Assembly (NCBI GenBank): GCA_963765765.1
Contig: CAVXYC010000020.1
Span: 224,001-288,000 of the forward strand
DNA: 64,000 nt
DNA from: an uncultured Chloroflexia bacterium
GTDB lineage: Bacteria; Chloroflexota; UBA6077; JACCZL01
Direction: 5' to 3'
The position numbers and the translations under genes were made by a program. A model generated the notes under the pieces. That model worked only from the letters and a program-made list of their open reading frames with translations, was not told the DNA's origin and searched no databases. Shown one piece after another: positions 31,420 to 40,835 of this stretch. The first letter of the stretch is position 1; the number at the start of each line of letters is the position of its first letter.

Positions 31420-33215
31420 TTAGGAGCGGTTGAGCCGATCCTGCAATGCGCGATGTTCGGCGGATACTTCGGCAGGCAGTCGCTCGCCGAACTGCGCGAG
31501 AAACTCGCCCTGGTCGGCAGCCTCGCGCAGCCAATCATCTTTGTCAATGGAGAGCAGCGTCTCAGCCACGCTTGCGGAGAGACCGACCTCCGATGCGCCA
31601 ATCGCGTCCGGCGTAGGCACTATGCCCACGGCCGTCTCTCGCGCACCAGGGTTCTTACCGCGTACTCGCTCATACACCCAGCGCAGCACCCGCATGTTTT
31701 CGCCGAAGCCAGGCCAGATGAACTTTCCGTTTGAATCGGTCCTAAACCAGTTGACTTGAAAAATGGAGGGCGGATCGCTCGAGTGTTCACCAACCTCGAG
31801 CCAATGCTTCCAATAGTCGCCCATGTTGTATCCGCAGAACGGAAGCATGGCCATCGGGTCTCGGCGGACCACTCCAACGGCGCCAGTCGCCGCCGCGGTG
31901 GTTTCCGAGGCCATCGTTGCGCCGAGGAACACACCGTGCTGCCAGTTGAAAGACTGATAGACGAGAGGAACGGTCCGCGCACGACGGCCGCCGAAGAGAA
32001 TGGCTGAAAGTGGCACACCTTGCGAATCTTCCCAGTGAGTGGAAAGCACTGGATTCTGAGTTGCTGGGGTCGTGAACCGCGAGTTCGGATGCGCGGCCTT
32101 CGTCTCCGAGGCCGGCGTCCACGGATTGCCCAGCCAGTCGGTCAGATGGTCCGGTTCGGGCCATCGATGCCTTCCCACCAGACTCGTCCATCATCCGTCA
32201 CGGCGACGTTGGTGAATATCGAATTGCTCTGAACAGCCGCCATAGCGTTGGGGTTACTCTTCGCATTCGTACCCGGCGCTACGCCAAAGTAGCCAGATTC
32301 CGGATTGATGGCCCAGAGACGGCCGTCGGGTCCCACGTTGATCCAGGCGATGTCCTCACCGACAGTTCGTACTCGCCAACCCTGGTCCTCAAACGGCGAT
32401 CGAAGCATTGCGAGATTCGTCTTGCCGCATGCACTGGGGAACGCCCCGGCGATGTACATGACATCGCCATCTGGCGCTTGCAGCTCGAGGATCAGCATGT
32501 GCTCGGCAAGCCAGCCCTGGTCTCGGCCCATCGTGGACGCAATGCGAAGGGAGAAGCATTTCTTACCCAGAAGCGCATTTCCACCGTAGCCCGAGCCCAC
32601 ACTCCAGATCGTACGCGTGTCAGGGAAGTGAGCAATGAAGCGGCGGTCAGGTGAGAGGTCACCCAGCGAATGGAGACCGGGAACCCAGTCGACACCTTCC
32701 GCACGCAACCGATCCGTAGCAACCTGCCCCATACGCGTCATGATGCGCATGTTCGCGACGACGTATGGACTATCGGTCAGCTCGACGCCAATCTTGCTGT
32801 AGGGTGACGATGCCGGGCCCATCAAATAAGGGACCACGTACATCGTGCGTCCCCTCATGGCTCCATTAAAGAGCGGCCAGATCTGGTCCTGCGCCTGTTT
32901 AGGGGACATCCAATTGTTGTTGGGTCCCGCGTCTATCTCGTTCTCCGTACAGATATACGTCAGGTGCTCCGTACGAGCGACATCCTGCGGATTGCTACGG
33001 TGAAGGTAACTGTTGGGATGTGCCTTGTGATTGAGCTCCAGCAGCGTCCCGTCCGACAGCATCTGGTCGATCAGCTGCTGGTTCTCCGTATCACTGCCGT
33101 CGCACCAGACAATCTGATCAGGCTGCGTGGTGCGCGAGACACGTTCTACCCACGCTTCAACTTCGGAAAGGCCCCCGGAGGAATGGGACGCAGATACGGA
33201 AGAAGTAACGGCCAT
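31420..33215 (-). CDS. pckG: GTP-dependent phosphoenolpyruvate carboxykinase, with one frameshift near 32158
   Basis: [57 protein letters not shown]; WWEGIDGP joins EPDHLTDW in another frame. Confidence 0.94.
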
Positions 33216-33442
33216 CGATCTGTTGCCTCCCGCCACGAGCGCCGTTGCACGAAGAGAATATGGTTCAATGATGGCGCCACGGACGTTAATATCCCTGGAC
33301 TTTTCGACTCTCGACACGCTCGAGGTTGCCATTACGAGTATACAGCGGAGCATCCGTCGCGTGACTCACAGCTGACGACCGCATGACCGCATTGTTCACC
33401 GACACAAACGGCGGCACAGTAAATCGCGCGTCTCCCCTAATA

Positions 33443-34865
33443 ATGGCGTCTCAGCGATCGCTCGCGTTCACGGGGTCAATCTTCCTGATCCTCGCCGGCG
33501 CCGCGATTCTAAAGATTGCGCTTCTCTTCCGTGCGGTTGGGTTCGAGCAAGGCGACCCGCTTGAGTACATCAACATCGCCCACGCAATTGCGTATCGGAC
33601 CGGTGAGGTAGTGGTGGGATATTCGCCCGCTGCTTTATCCCCTGGTCCTTGTGCCAGTCACCTGGGTGGGCAGTCTCCTTCCCGATCCCACCGGCGAGGC
33701 AGCGGTGCGCCTGCTCCGATCCACTCCGCTGGCGTTCTCTCTGGGGTGCCTGGCGGTATCAACCGCGATTTCGGGAACGCTTTCCGGAAGATTCGCAGCG
33801 ATTTGCACGGCTCTCATGTTGGCCAGCAACTCGGTCTTTAATCAGCTCTCCGTCTCCCCATTCGCGGAGATCCCGGCTACATTTGGCGTCCTTCTGGCAG
33901 CGCTCATTGCTATTCGCGCTCAGCCAACCACCAGATCCGGATTGGCGGTTGGCGTTGCGTTGGGGCTCGGCTGCATGGCCCGCTATCAATCGCTCGCGTT
34001 CATTGTGCCGTTTGGCATCTGGATGCTGCTCAGCGGCAGTCGCGCTCGCCTCACCGGCTTCGTCGGCGGACTTCTGGCCTGTGGTGCACTTCAGGGTCTG
34101 CTCGACATCCTTGCCTACGGCGCGCCATTTCACAGTCTCATTCAATCCGCGGCCTACAACGTCACGACTGATGAAGCAGCTAGTTTTTACGGAGCCGAGC
34201 CGCCGTGGTGGTATGCCGAGACCGTCGGAGATTGGCTCGGGTACGCGTCGCTGGCTCTCGCGATTCTGGGCTCGGTCATGGCCGTTCGCGGGAATCGCAG
34301 ACGAGAGTGGTCGCTGGTCCTTCCGCTTGCCGCGGTGATGTTGATCTGGCTCTCGGCCATTGCGCACAAGGAGCCACGCTTCACCAGCCAGGTGACGCCA
34401 TTTCTGATCATCGCAGCGGGGCATGGCGCATCCGCCATTCTGCAGGGTCATTCGCGATTAGGACCTTATGCCGCCATAGCGGCGATAGTCGTAGCAACAG
34501 TCCCCGGATACTGGCAGAGTCTCTCGCTCGATCTGACATTTAATCCGGGCTTTGTTGAGGCTCCAAAGCTGGTGGCAGCTCAGCGCCCCGGCGCGGTGCT
34601 AGGCACCATTCCCTGGTTCGTTGCACGACCATACACCCACAATCGCATTGAGCTTGTCAGGGCAGACGTCGACCTCTGGGACGATCCAGGGCAGATGAGC
34701 GCGGTCATCGAACGAGCCGATTACCTGCTCCTGCGTGAATACGACTTTGCCGCCGACCGAGCAATCGATCGAATGATCAACAGCCAATTTCGAACAATTG
34801 AGACATATCCGGAGCAGGTGATACTTTTGGAAAAGCGGCCAGCTTCGACACCTCGAGGGCGATAA
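33443..34865 (+). CDS. GT-C integral-membrane glycosyltransferase (Alg9/PIG-B-like), with one frameshift near 33610
   Basis: N-terminal TM then GDPLEY loop, WWDIRPLLYP in a shifted frame, EPPWWY and HKEPRF motifs, many TM helices. Confidence 0.72.
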
Positions 34866-34900
34866 AGGTGGTGACCAAGATCGGAGATCTAGAAGGTCGG

Positions 34901-36001
34901 TCAGCTGGGAGTCGCGTCTGTCATCCGCTGCAACGCGGCCACCTTAGGCATCAGCCCTGCCTCATCTGCACCGACCACGGTGACGTGACCGACCTTTCGA
35001 CCCGGCCGGGCGTCTTTGCGATATAGGTGAATGTGAGCGCCCGGAACCCTGGAGAGCTGGACGATATCGGGCGCGTCCCCGATGAAATTCAGCATAGCTG
35101 AGCGACCGATTGTTGAAACATCGCCAAGTGTCAGGCCCAGTATCGCGCGGAGATGGTTCTCGAATTGGCTGGTGACTGCGCCATCAATCGTCCAGTGACC
35201 CGAGTTGTGCACCCGTGGAGCGATCTCATTGGCCATAAGCCCGCCGGGAACCTGGAACAACTCAACGGCCAGCACTCCAACGTGACCAAGGTCACGCAGC
35301 AGCGCATGACCGATGCGCGTGGCCAGATTCTGTAGATCAAGTGTGATTCCTGGAGCGGGAGCAAGCGAGAGACGCAGAATTCCATCGCGATGATGATTTT
35401 CAGTGAGTGGATAAAACGCGATGCTGTCGTCGCGAGCGCGAGCAACGAGGATCGATAGCTCTCGAGCGAACATGATGCGCTCCTCGAGAATGAGCGGCTG
35501 ACCGCCGAGCTGCCCCCACGCCGCGTCGGCATCTTCGGCAGACTCAATGGGTGCCTGGCCTTTTCCGTCATATCCGAGTCGTCGAGTCTTGAGAATGGCC
35601 GAGCCGCCTACGATCCGGAGCGCTTCGTCCAGGTCGGACCGTGAATCCACGGCCGCGAATCGTGGCGTCGGAATCCCAAGCGCCTGGAAACGCATCTTCT
35701 CCTCGAGCCGATCCTGCGCAACCTGCAGCGATCGCGCGGACGGATACATCGGCACTCGAGCAGATACATACTCGGCCGTAAACAACGGCACATTCTCAAA
35801 CTCGTACGTGACGCAGTCCACACCGTCGAGAAAACGGTCAAGGGTTGCGGTATCCGTGTAATCACCAGCAATGAGCTCGCCAACGTCTGCCGCGCAAGCG
35901 CTGGCTTCAGGATCGAGAAATCGAAACTGGAGGCCAAGCGGAATTCCGGCGAGTGCAAGCATCCGCCCAAGCTGCCCACCACCCAGGATGCCGACGCGCA
36001 C
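34901..36001 (-). CDS. purK: N5-carboxyaminoimidazole ribonucleotide synthase
   Basis: GGGQLGRM, TYEFEN, GYDGKGQ, NEIAPRVHNSGH, SQFENH, RKVGH. Confidence 0.97.
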   Translation of the reverse strand: MRVGILGGGQLGRMLALAGIPLGLQFRFLDPEASACAADVGELIAGDYTDTATLDRFLDGVDCVTYEFENVPLFTAEYVSARVPMYPSARSLQVAQDRLEEKMRFQALGIPTPRFAAVDSRSDLDEALRIVGGSAILKTRRLGYDGKGQAPIESAEDADAAWGQLGGQPLILEERIMFARELSILVARARDDSIAFYPLTENHHRDGILRLSLAPAPGITLDLQNLATRIGHALLRDLGHVGVLAVELFQVPGGLMANEIAPRVHNSGHWTIDGAVTSQFENHLRAILGLTLGDVSTIGRSAMLNFIGDAPDIVQLSRVPGAHIHLYRKDARPGRKVGHVTVVGADEAGLMPKVAALQRMTDATPS

Positions 36002-36519
36002 TACGGAACGCTCGGATCAGGGTGGTCCAGGACCACTTGAGTCTGATTGGAACGAAACTCGTCGAACGCCTGCCGTAGGGAAGGGTACTTATTGCCTAGA
36101 ATAGACGCGGCCAGAAGTGCCGCATTCACAGCGCCAGATCGGCCGATCGCCATGGTGCCCACAGCTATCCCCGCGGGCATCTGAACGATGGAAAGCAGTG
36201 AATCCATACCTTTGAGCGCATGTGATTCCACCGGGACTCCGAGTACCGGTAATGACGTCTTGGAAGCCGTCATCCCCGGCAGATGGGCGGCTCCACCAGC
36301 ACCGGCGATGATGACCTCCAGACCTCGTTCGACAGCCGTTGAGGCGTAATCGAAAAGCAAGTCCGGTGTTCGGTGGGCGGAAACCACCCGGGTCTCGTAT
36401 GGAACTCCAAGCTGCGCGAGAGTTTCAGCAGCATGTTTCATGGTCTCCCAATCAGACCGGGAGCCCATGATCACGCCGACCAGCGCGGAATCGGGGACGT
36501 CTGCGATGATGTGCCTCAC
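36001..36519 (-). CDS. purE: N5-CAIR mutase (start uncertain: GTG 36519 or ATC 36507)
   Basis: [29 protein letters not shown]. Confidence 0.95.
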   Translation of the reverse strand: MRHIIADVPDSALVGVIMGSRSDWETMKHAAETLAQLGVPYETRVVSAHRTPDLLFDYASTAVERGLEVIIAGAGGAAHLPGMTASKTSLPVLGVPVESHALKGMDSLLSIVQMPAGIAVGTMAIGRSGAVNAALLAASILGNKYPSLRQAFDEFRSNQTQVVLDHPDPSVP

Positions 36520-36636
36520 ACTTTTTGGACAAGGAGTAGTGGAAGCCGGGCCGCCTGACAGTGCGATCCTAGCCATGACTAATAGACCCACCGGCTGCGC
36601 AAGCAACGGGGTCTATGGTACAGTAAGACGTTCCGC

Positions 36637-36713
36637 GCGCGAGTAGCTCAGTGGATTAGAGCGCAGCCCTGCGAAGGCTGAGGTCGCGGGTTCAAGTCCC
36701 GCCTCGCGTACCA
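36637..36713 (+). tRNA. tRNA-Arg (GCG)
   Basis: Acceptor GCGCGAG/CTCGCGT, anticodon stem CAGCC/GGCTG with loop CTGCGAA, GTTCAAGTC T-loop, CCA end. Confidence 0.93.
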
Positions 36714-36844
36714 TTCGGTCCCCCGGACCGTACTTTCCCTCGCTCTTCCATTTTCTCCCCGCGTGACGCTATCGTATCGTGCTCTGCCCAGGTTTCGGGC
36801 CTACAATCTGCGTTGGGCGGGACCTGGCGTGGTCAAGGGTGAGT

Positions 36845-37492
36845 ATGGCGCGAAAGCACTTAGCAGCAGACCGCATTCGTCGAGTCTGGCAGATCGTCGA
36901 AGACATTGCTCAGGAGCCTGGCAAGGGTCGACGCGATCTGGCAGAGACGTTTTCGTTGAGCGAACGACAGGTTCAGGCTGACTTGAACCTCATTCGCGCC
37001 GACATGCGTCTGCCCCTTGTTCGACACCAGGGCTACCGATTCGAAACGCCCCAAAACGGCACCGGGCCCACTTTTACCTTGCGGGAAGCGCAGCTACTGC
37101 TTATGGCAGTACGGCAGCTCGGTCGGGAGCGCGGTGGACTTCAGCGAGAGCTGACCGCACTGATGCGCAAACTGCCATCGCTTTTCCCGCCCCACCTGCG
37201 CCCACTCGCTGATCGAATATTGCAGTCGATGACCCCAGCCAGCGCCAGACAGCCCGATGAAGACGAGATGTTTGCCACGTTGTCGGAAGCCGCCGTGCGC
37301 AAAGGCCAGGTCCAGCTTCATTACGCAGCGAATGATCTCTCGACAGCAATTCAAGACCCCATTGTGCGCGTCGAGCTGCTCGTGCCTTACACCGAATCCT
37401 GGTACCTTATAGGCGTGTGTCAACAACGCAATCGCCTTATGATGTTCGACCTCGAGAACGTCTCGAGCGTGACCGCGCTCTCTCGCAAATGA
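36845..37492 (+). CDS. HTH + WYL-domain transcriptional regulator, no C-terminal WCX domain
   Basis: N-terminal wHTH (DLAETFSLSERQVQADL...GYRF) and C-terminal ESWYLIGVC; 215 aa. Confidence 0.82.
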   Translation: MARKHLAADRIRRVWQIVEDIAQEPGKGRRDLAETFSLSERQVQADLNLIRADMRLPLVRHQGYRFETPQNGTGPTFTLREAQLLLMAVRQLGRERGGLQRELTALMRKLPSLFPPHLRPLADRILQSMTPASARQPDEDEMFATLSEAAVRKGQVQLHYAANDLSTAIQDPIVRVELLVPYTESWYLIGVCQQRNRLMMFDLENVSSVTALSRK

Positions 37493-38076
37493 GCCCCCTT
37501 ATCAATTCGCACTGGCGCTTGGGTGCCTTTTTCATTGTGGCCGTCTGCATTCTTGCCGCTTCCTCGGCTGCGCGTGCAGACGATGCGCCTAGCAGCGCCT
37601 CGACGGATCCGCAGTTTGAGAATGGCTCCCCGCCGGTGCGCATCAGCATTCCGGCGATTGGGCTGGACACTGACGTCATGCCGGTGGCCACGGACGACGA
37701 TGGGGCGATGAGCGCGCCGGGCAATCCTGATGCAGTCGGCTGGTACTCTCTTGGGCCGGGCATTGGCATTGGCGGTAACGTTGTGCTTGCAGGTCACGTC
37801 GACTGGGGCGGCCGTCTACGCGCTTTCGGTAAGCTGCACTCAGTCTCTGAAGGCGATTCCGTCACGGTGTGGGACGCGAATGGCCGGGCCGAGCGCTACG
37901 TCGTTCAAGCGTCCGATTGGGTGGAGGCGGAGGGTGCGGCGGTCGATGAGATCTTCGGCTCACGCGACGTACCCAGCATAACGCTCATCACGTGCGGTGG
38001 GACATTTGATCCGTGGACTCATCAGTATCTCCACAGACTCATCGTGCGCGCGCTCAGGACCGCGGACGACACGTAG
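37489..38076 (+). CDS. Class F sortase
   Basis: PVRISIPAIG, VGWY, NVVLAGHVD (His), ITLITCGG (Cys), HRLIVRA (Arg); N-terminal signal/TM; ATGA overlap with the WYL gene. Confidence 0.9.
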   Translation: MSPLINSHWRLGAFFIVAVCILAASSAARADDAPSSASTDPQFENGSPPVRISIPAIGLDTDVMPVATDDDGAMSAPGNPDAVGWYSLGPGIGIGGNVVLAGHVDWGGRLRAFGKLHSVSEGDSVTVWDANGRAERYVVQASDWVEAEGAAVDEIFGSRDVPSITLITCGGTFDPWTHQYLHRLIVRALRTADDT

Positions 38077-38180
38077 AGAGGAAGCACCGCGAATTTCTTG
38101 GCCGCCAATTGAGATTTCGACTGACGGCCTCAATCGTCGCGGCGGGCAGGGAGGCGCCCTACGGATCAGCCTGGCGAATG

Positions 38181-38615
38181 CTACACAAACGTCAGCGCGG
38201 TAACAATTCCTAGAAGTGCACCCACGAAGACTTCGAATGGCGTGTGTCCAAGCAGCTCAATCAGACGGCGCTCGCTGAATTTCTGCTGCTCAAAAAGCTC
38301 CTCGATCATGCGGTTGAGCGTGCGCGCTTGCATGCTGACGGCGCGCCGTACTCCGGCCGCGTCGTACAACACAACCCCAGCAAAGACGGCGGCAAGGGCA
38401 AACATCGCAGAGCCTGTTCCCTGATCCATTCCGATACGCGTTGTCAGAGCCGTCACGAGAGCAGAGTGGGAGCTTGGCATGCCACCAGCGCTCAACATTG
38501 TCCGAGCGTGGAATCGATGCTCACGAAGTGCCACAACAACGGCTTTGGAGAGCTGCGCAATAAACCAGGCTAGAGCGGATGCCCCCAATACATCATTGTG
38601 GATCAGATCATTCAT
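38181..38615 (-). CDS. Divergent PAP2 family protein (YuiD/DUF212-like)
   Basis: AQLSK, GGMPSSHSA, YDAAGVRR, ELLGHTPFEV. Confidence 0.92.
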   Translation of the reverse strand: MNDLIHNDVLGASALAWFIAQLSKAVVVALREHRFHARTMLSAGGMPSSHSALVTALTTRIGMDQGTGSAMFALAAVFAGVVLYDAAGVRRAVSMQARTLNRMIEELFEQQKFSERRLIELLGHTPFEVFVGALLGIVTALTFV

Positions 38616-38676
38616 CGGCAATCTCTGAGAGGCGACGGTCTTACGTTGACCGCGCCGTCCATCGTGCCGCGGAGTT

Positions 38677-38907
38677 TCACAGATCATCCTCATCATCGTC
38701 GGGCGCATCGACGAACAGGTCTGACTGGACAAGTCGCGTCACACGCAGCTCGGCTTCGTCGAGCATCGCGCGGCATTGTGTTGCGATCTGGATTCCCTGC
38801 TCGAAACGAGCGATGGCTTCATCCAACGGGAGACCGCCCTGCTCCAGAGTTGCTATCGTCTCCTGAAGCCGCGAGAAGCTCTCCTCGAAGCTCGGTGTCT
38901 CTTCCAT
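38677..38907 (-). CDS. xseB: Exodeoxyribonuclease VII small subunit
   Basis: SFEE, LEQGGLPLDEAIARFEQG, LDEAELRV; AGGAG SD. Confidence 0.93.
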   Translation of the reverse strand: MEETPSFEESFSRLQETIATLEQGGLPLDEAIARFEQGIQIATQCRAMLDEAELRVTRLVQSDLFVDAPDDDEDDL

Positions 38908-40123
38908 TCTTCTTCTCCTGTTGGACTGATTCCACACGGGCGTCAATTGTCCCATCGTGGACAACTGCCTGGAGCTGATCACCCGACTTTACCTGGCTCG
39001 CTGAGGTCACCACGCCACGGCCCTGAACCAGCGCAATGGAGTACCCCCGAGCCAAGGTCTCCCGCGGCGACAGCGCTGTGAGCTGCAGCGTGCGCCCTTC
39101 GAGCTGTCCCCGCTCTAACTGAATTTGATTTTTCAACCCCAACGAGGCGCTGTGGAGAGCCGAGCCAATCTGTTGGCGGCGTAGCGCAATCGTTTCCAGC
39201 GGCGACGCACCGCTCAGACGAAGCTCCATTGACCGCTGTTGTTCCCGCAATGTTGTAAGTCGCCGCTGAATGATCTGCGCTCCGCGCCGAATAGTTGCTG
39301 CGATGTGGCGATCGAGCACATCCGCGTCTGGAGTGACAAGCTCCGCTGCCGCGGTGGGCGTGGCAGCTCGACGATCGGCCACGAAGTCAGCGATGCTGAA
39401 ATCAACCTCGTGGCCCACCGCGGAGACCACAGGGATCGGACAACGAAAGATGGCCCGCGCCAGTCGTTCATCGTTGAACGCCGCCAGGTCCTCCGCCGAC
39501 CCCCCGCCTCGGCCGATGATGAGCACGTCTACCGATGCCTGGTTCTGGTGATACCAGTTCATCAAGCTGATCGCCTCGATCAGCTCTCTCGGCGCCATGT
39601 CGCCCTGAACAGCACTATGCGCGAAGACGATCTCCGCGATCGGGTAGCGCCGACTCACGCAGGTCAACACATCGTGTAACACCGCACCACCATCAGAAGT
39701 CACAAGCCCAATGCGCTTCGGAAAGATGGGGAGTGGTCGCTTGCGCTCTTCAGCGAACAGCCCTTCTTGCTCGAGCTTGCGACGCAAGGCCTCAAAGAGA
39801 AGCTGCCCTTGCCCCAATCCAGCCGGGTATAGCAGATCAACAATGAGCTGCAGCTTCCCACCGGCCTCGTAAAAAGCGACCTCTCCGTGAATGGAGACAG
39901 CCATCCCAGCGACCGGGGTCACCCCAGACGCCATGACCGAGCTGCGGAACATGACGCACGGAAGCTGGCTCCGATCGTCACGGAGAGTAAAGTAATAGTG
40001 CCCCGAGCTCGCCCTCGTGAGCGAGCTTATGTCGCCCTCTACCCAGACATCGGACAGGATGTCGTCCGCCCGAAGATAGTCATGGATGTACTGGGCCAGC
40101 TCACCAACGGCAAAGATCTGCAT
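38819..40123 (-). CDS. xseA: Exodeoxyribonuclease VII large subunit
   Basis: SGHYYFTLRD, GRGGGSAEDL, SAVGHEVD, TPTAAAE, LARGYS. Confidence 0.96.
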   Translation of the reverse strand: MQIFAVGELAQYIHDYLRADDILSDVWVEGDISSLTRASSGHYYFTLRDDRSQLPCVMFRSSVMASGVTPVAGMAVSIHGEVAFYEAGGKLQLIVDLLYPAGLGQGQLLFEALRRKLEQEGLFAEERKRPLPIFPKRIGLVTSDGGAVLHDVLTCVSRRYPIAEIVFAHSAVQGDMAPRELIEAISLMNWYHQNQASVDVLIIGRGGGSAEDLAAFNDERLARAIFRCPIPVVSAVGHEVDFSIADFVADRRAATPTAAAELVTPDADVLDRHIAATIRRGAQIIQRRLTTLREQQRSMELRLSGASPLETIALRRQQIGSALHSASLGLKNQIQLERGQLEGRTLQLTALSPRETLARGYSIALVQGRGVVTSASQVKSGDQLQAVVHDGTIDARVESVQQEKKNGRDTELRGELLAASGDDSNSGAGRSPVG

Positions 40124-40210
40124 TGAACAAATGGTAGTTGATTGGAGTGAGCTTGAGCGCTCGGGGGAGAGAAACAGTCACCGGATGGATACATGGACCA
40201 ACAAGACGAC

Positions 40211-40248
40211 AGGGGCGAATGAGACTTACTCGTCCCATTCGCCCCTAC
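40211..40248 (-). repeat. Solitary GTAG-type REP-like hairpin after efp
   Basis: Minus strand GTAGGGGCGAATG-N14-CATTCGCCCCT. Confidence 0.55.
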
Positions 40249-40277
40249 AAGGCCTCTGTGTGAAGGCGCTCGAAAGA

Positions 40278-40835
40278 CTAGACGCGCTCCAGGTACGTCC
40301 CCGTACGCGTATCTACCTTGATCTTGTCACCAATGTTGACGAAAAGCGGGACCTGAATGCCCAAGCCGGTATCAAGCTTAGCAGGCTTGGTGCCGCCGGA
40401 TGCCGTATCACCACGGAATCCGGGATCTGTCTCAACGACCTCGAACTCGAGCGTGATCGGTAGCTCCACGCCCACGGGCTCTTCGCCGTAGAACTGCACG
40501 TCCAGCTCACCGTTCTCCTTGAGATAGAGCACGGTATCGCCGAGCTGCTCGGGAGTGAGAGCAAACTGATCGTACGTCTCCTGGTCCATCATGTAGTAGT
40601 TGTCGCCCTCTTTGTAGAGGTACTCAACCTTGCGATTCTCGAGGCGCACGCGCGGGAATTTCTCACCGGCCTGGAATGTCTTTTCCAATGTGGCCCCGGA
40701 GCGAACGTTGCGCACCTTGATGCGCACCTGAGCGCTGCCGCGACCAACTTTGATGTGCTGGTAGTCCAGAACCGTAAAGAGCTGGCCGTCGATGTCAACG
40801 ACCACACCCTTCCGCATGTCAGCGGTAGAAATCAC
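40278..40835 (-). CDS. efp: Elongation factor P
   Basis: GTG start after GGAGGT; HIKVGRGSA loop, TDPGFRGDTASGG, VPLFV, KVDTR; 185 aa. Confidence 0.95.
   Translation of the reverse strand: MISTADMRKGVVVDIDGQLFTVLDYQHIKVGRGSAQVRIKVRNVRSGATLEKTFQAGEKFPRVRLENRKVEYLYKEGDNYYMMDQETYDQFALTPEQLGDTVLYLKENGELDVQFYGEEPVGVELPITLEFEVVETDPGFRGDTASGGTKPAKLDTGLGIQVPLFVNIGDKIKVDTRTGTYLERV

Noticed and set aside
36714-38180. Integrative element at tRNA-Arg
   Set aside because: No integrase and no duplicated tRNA 3' end (att site) found by eye
38819-38907. 89-nt xseA/xseB overlap as a special feature
   Set aside because: Low-information tail; likely stop-codon drift or another indel
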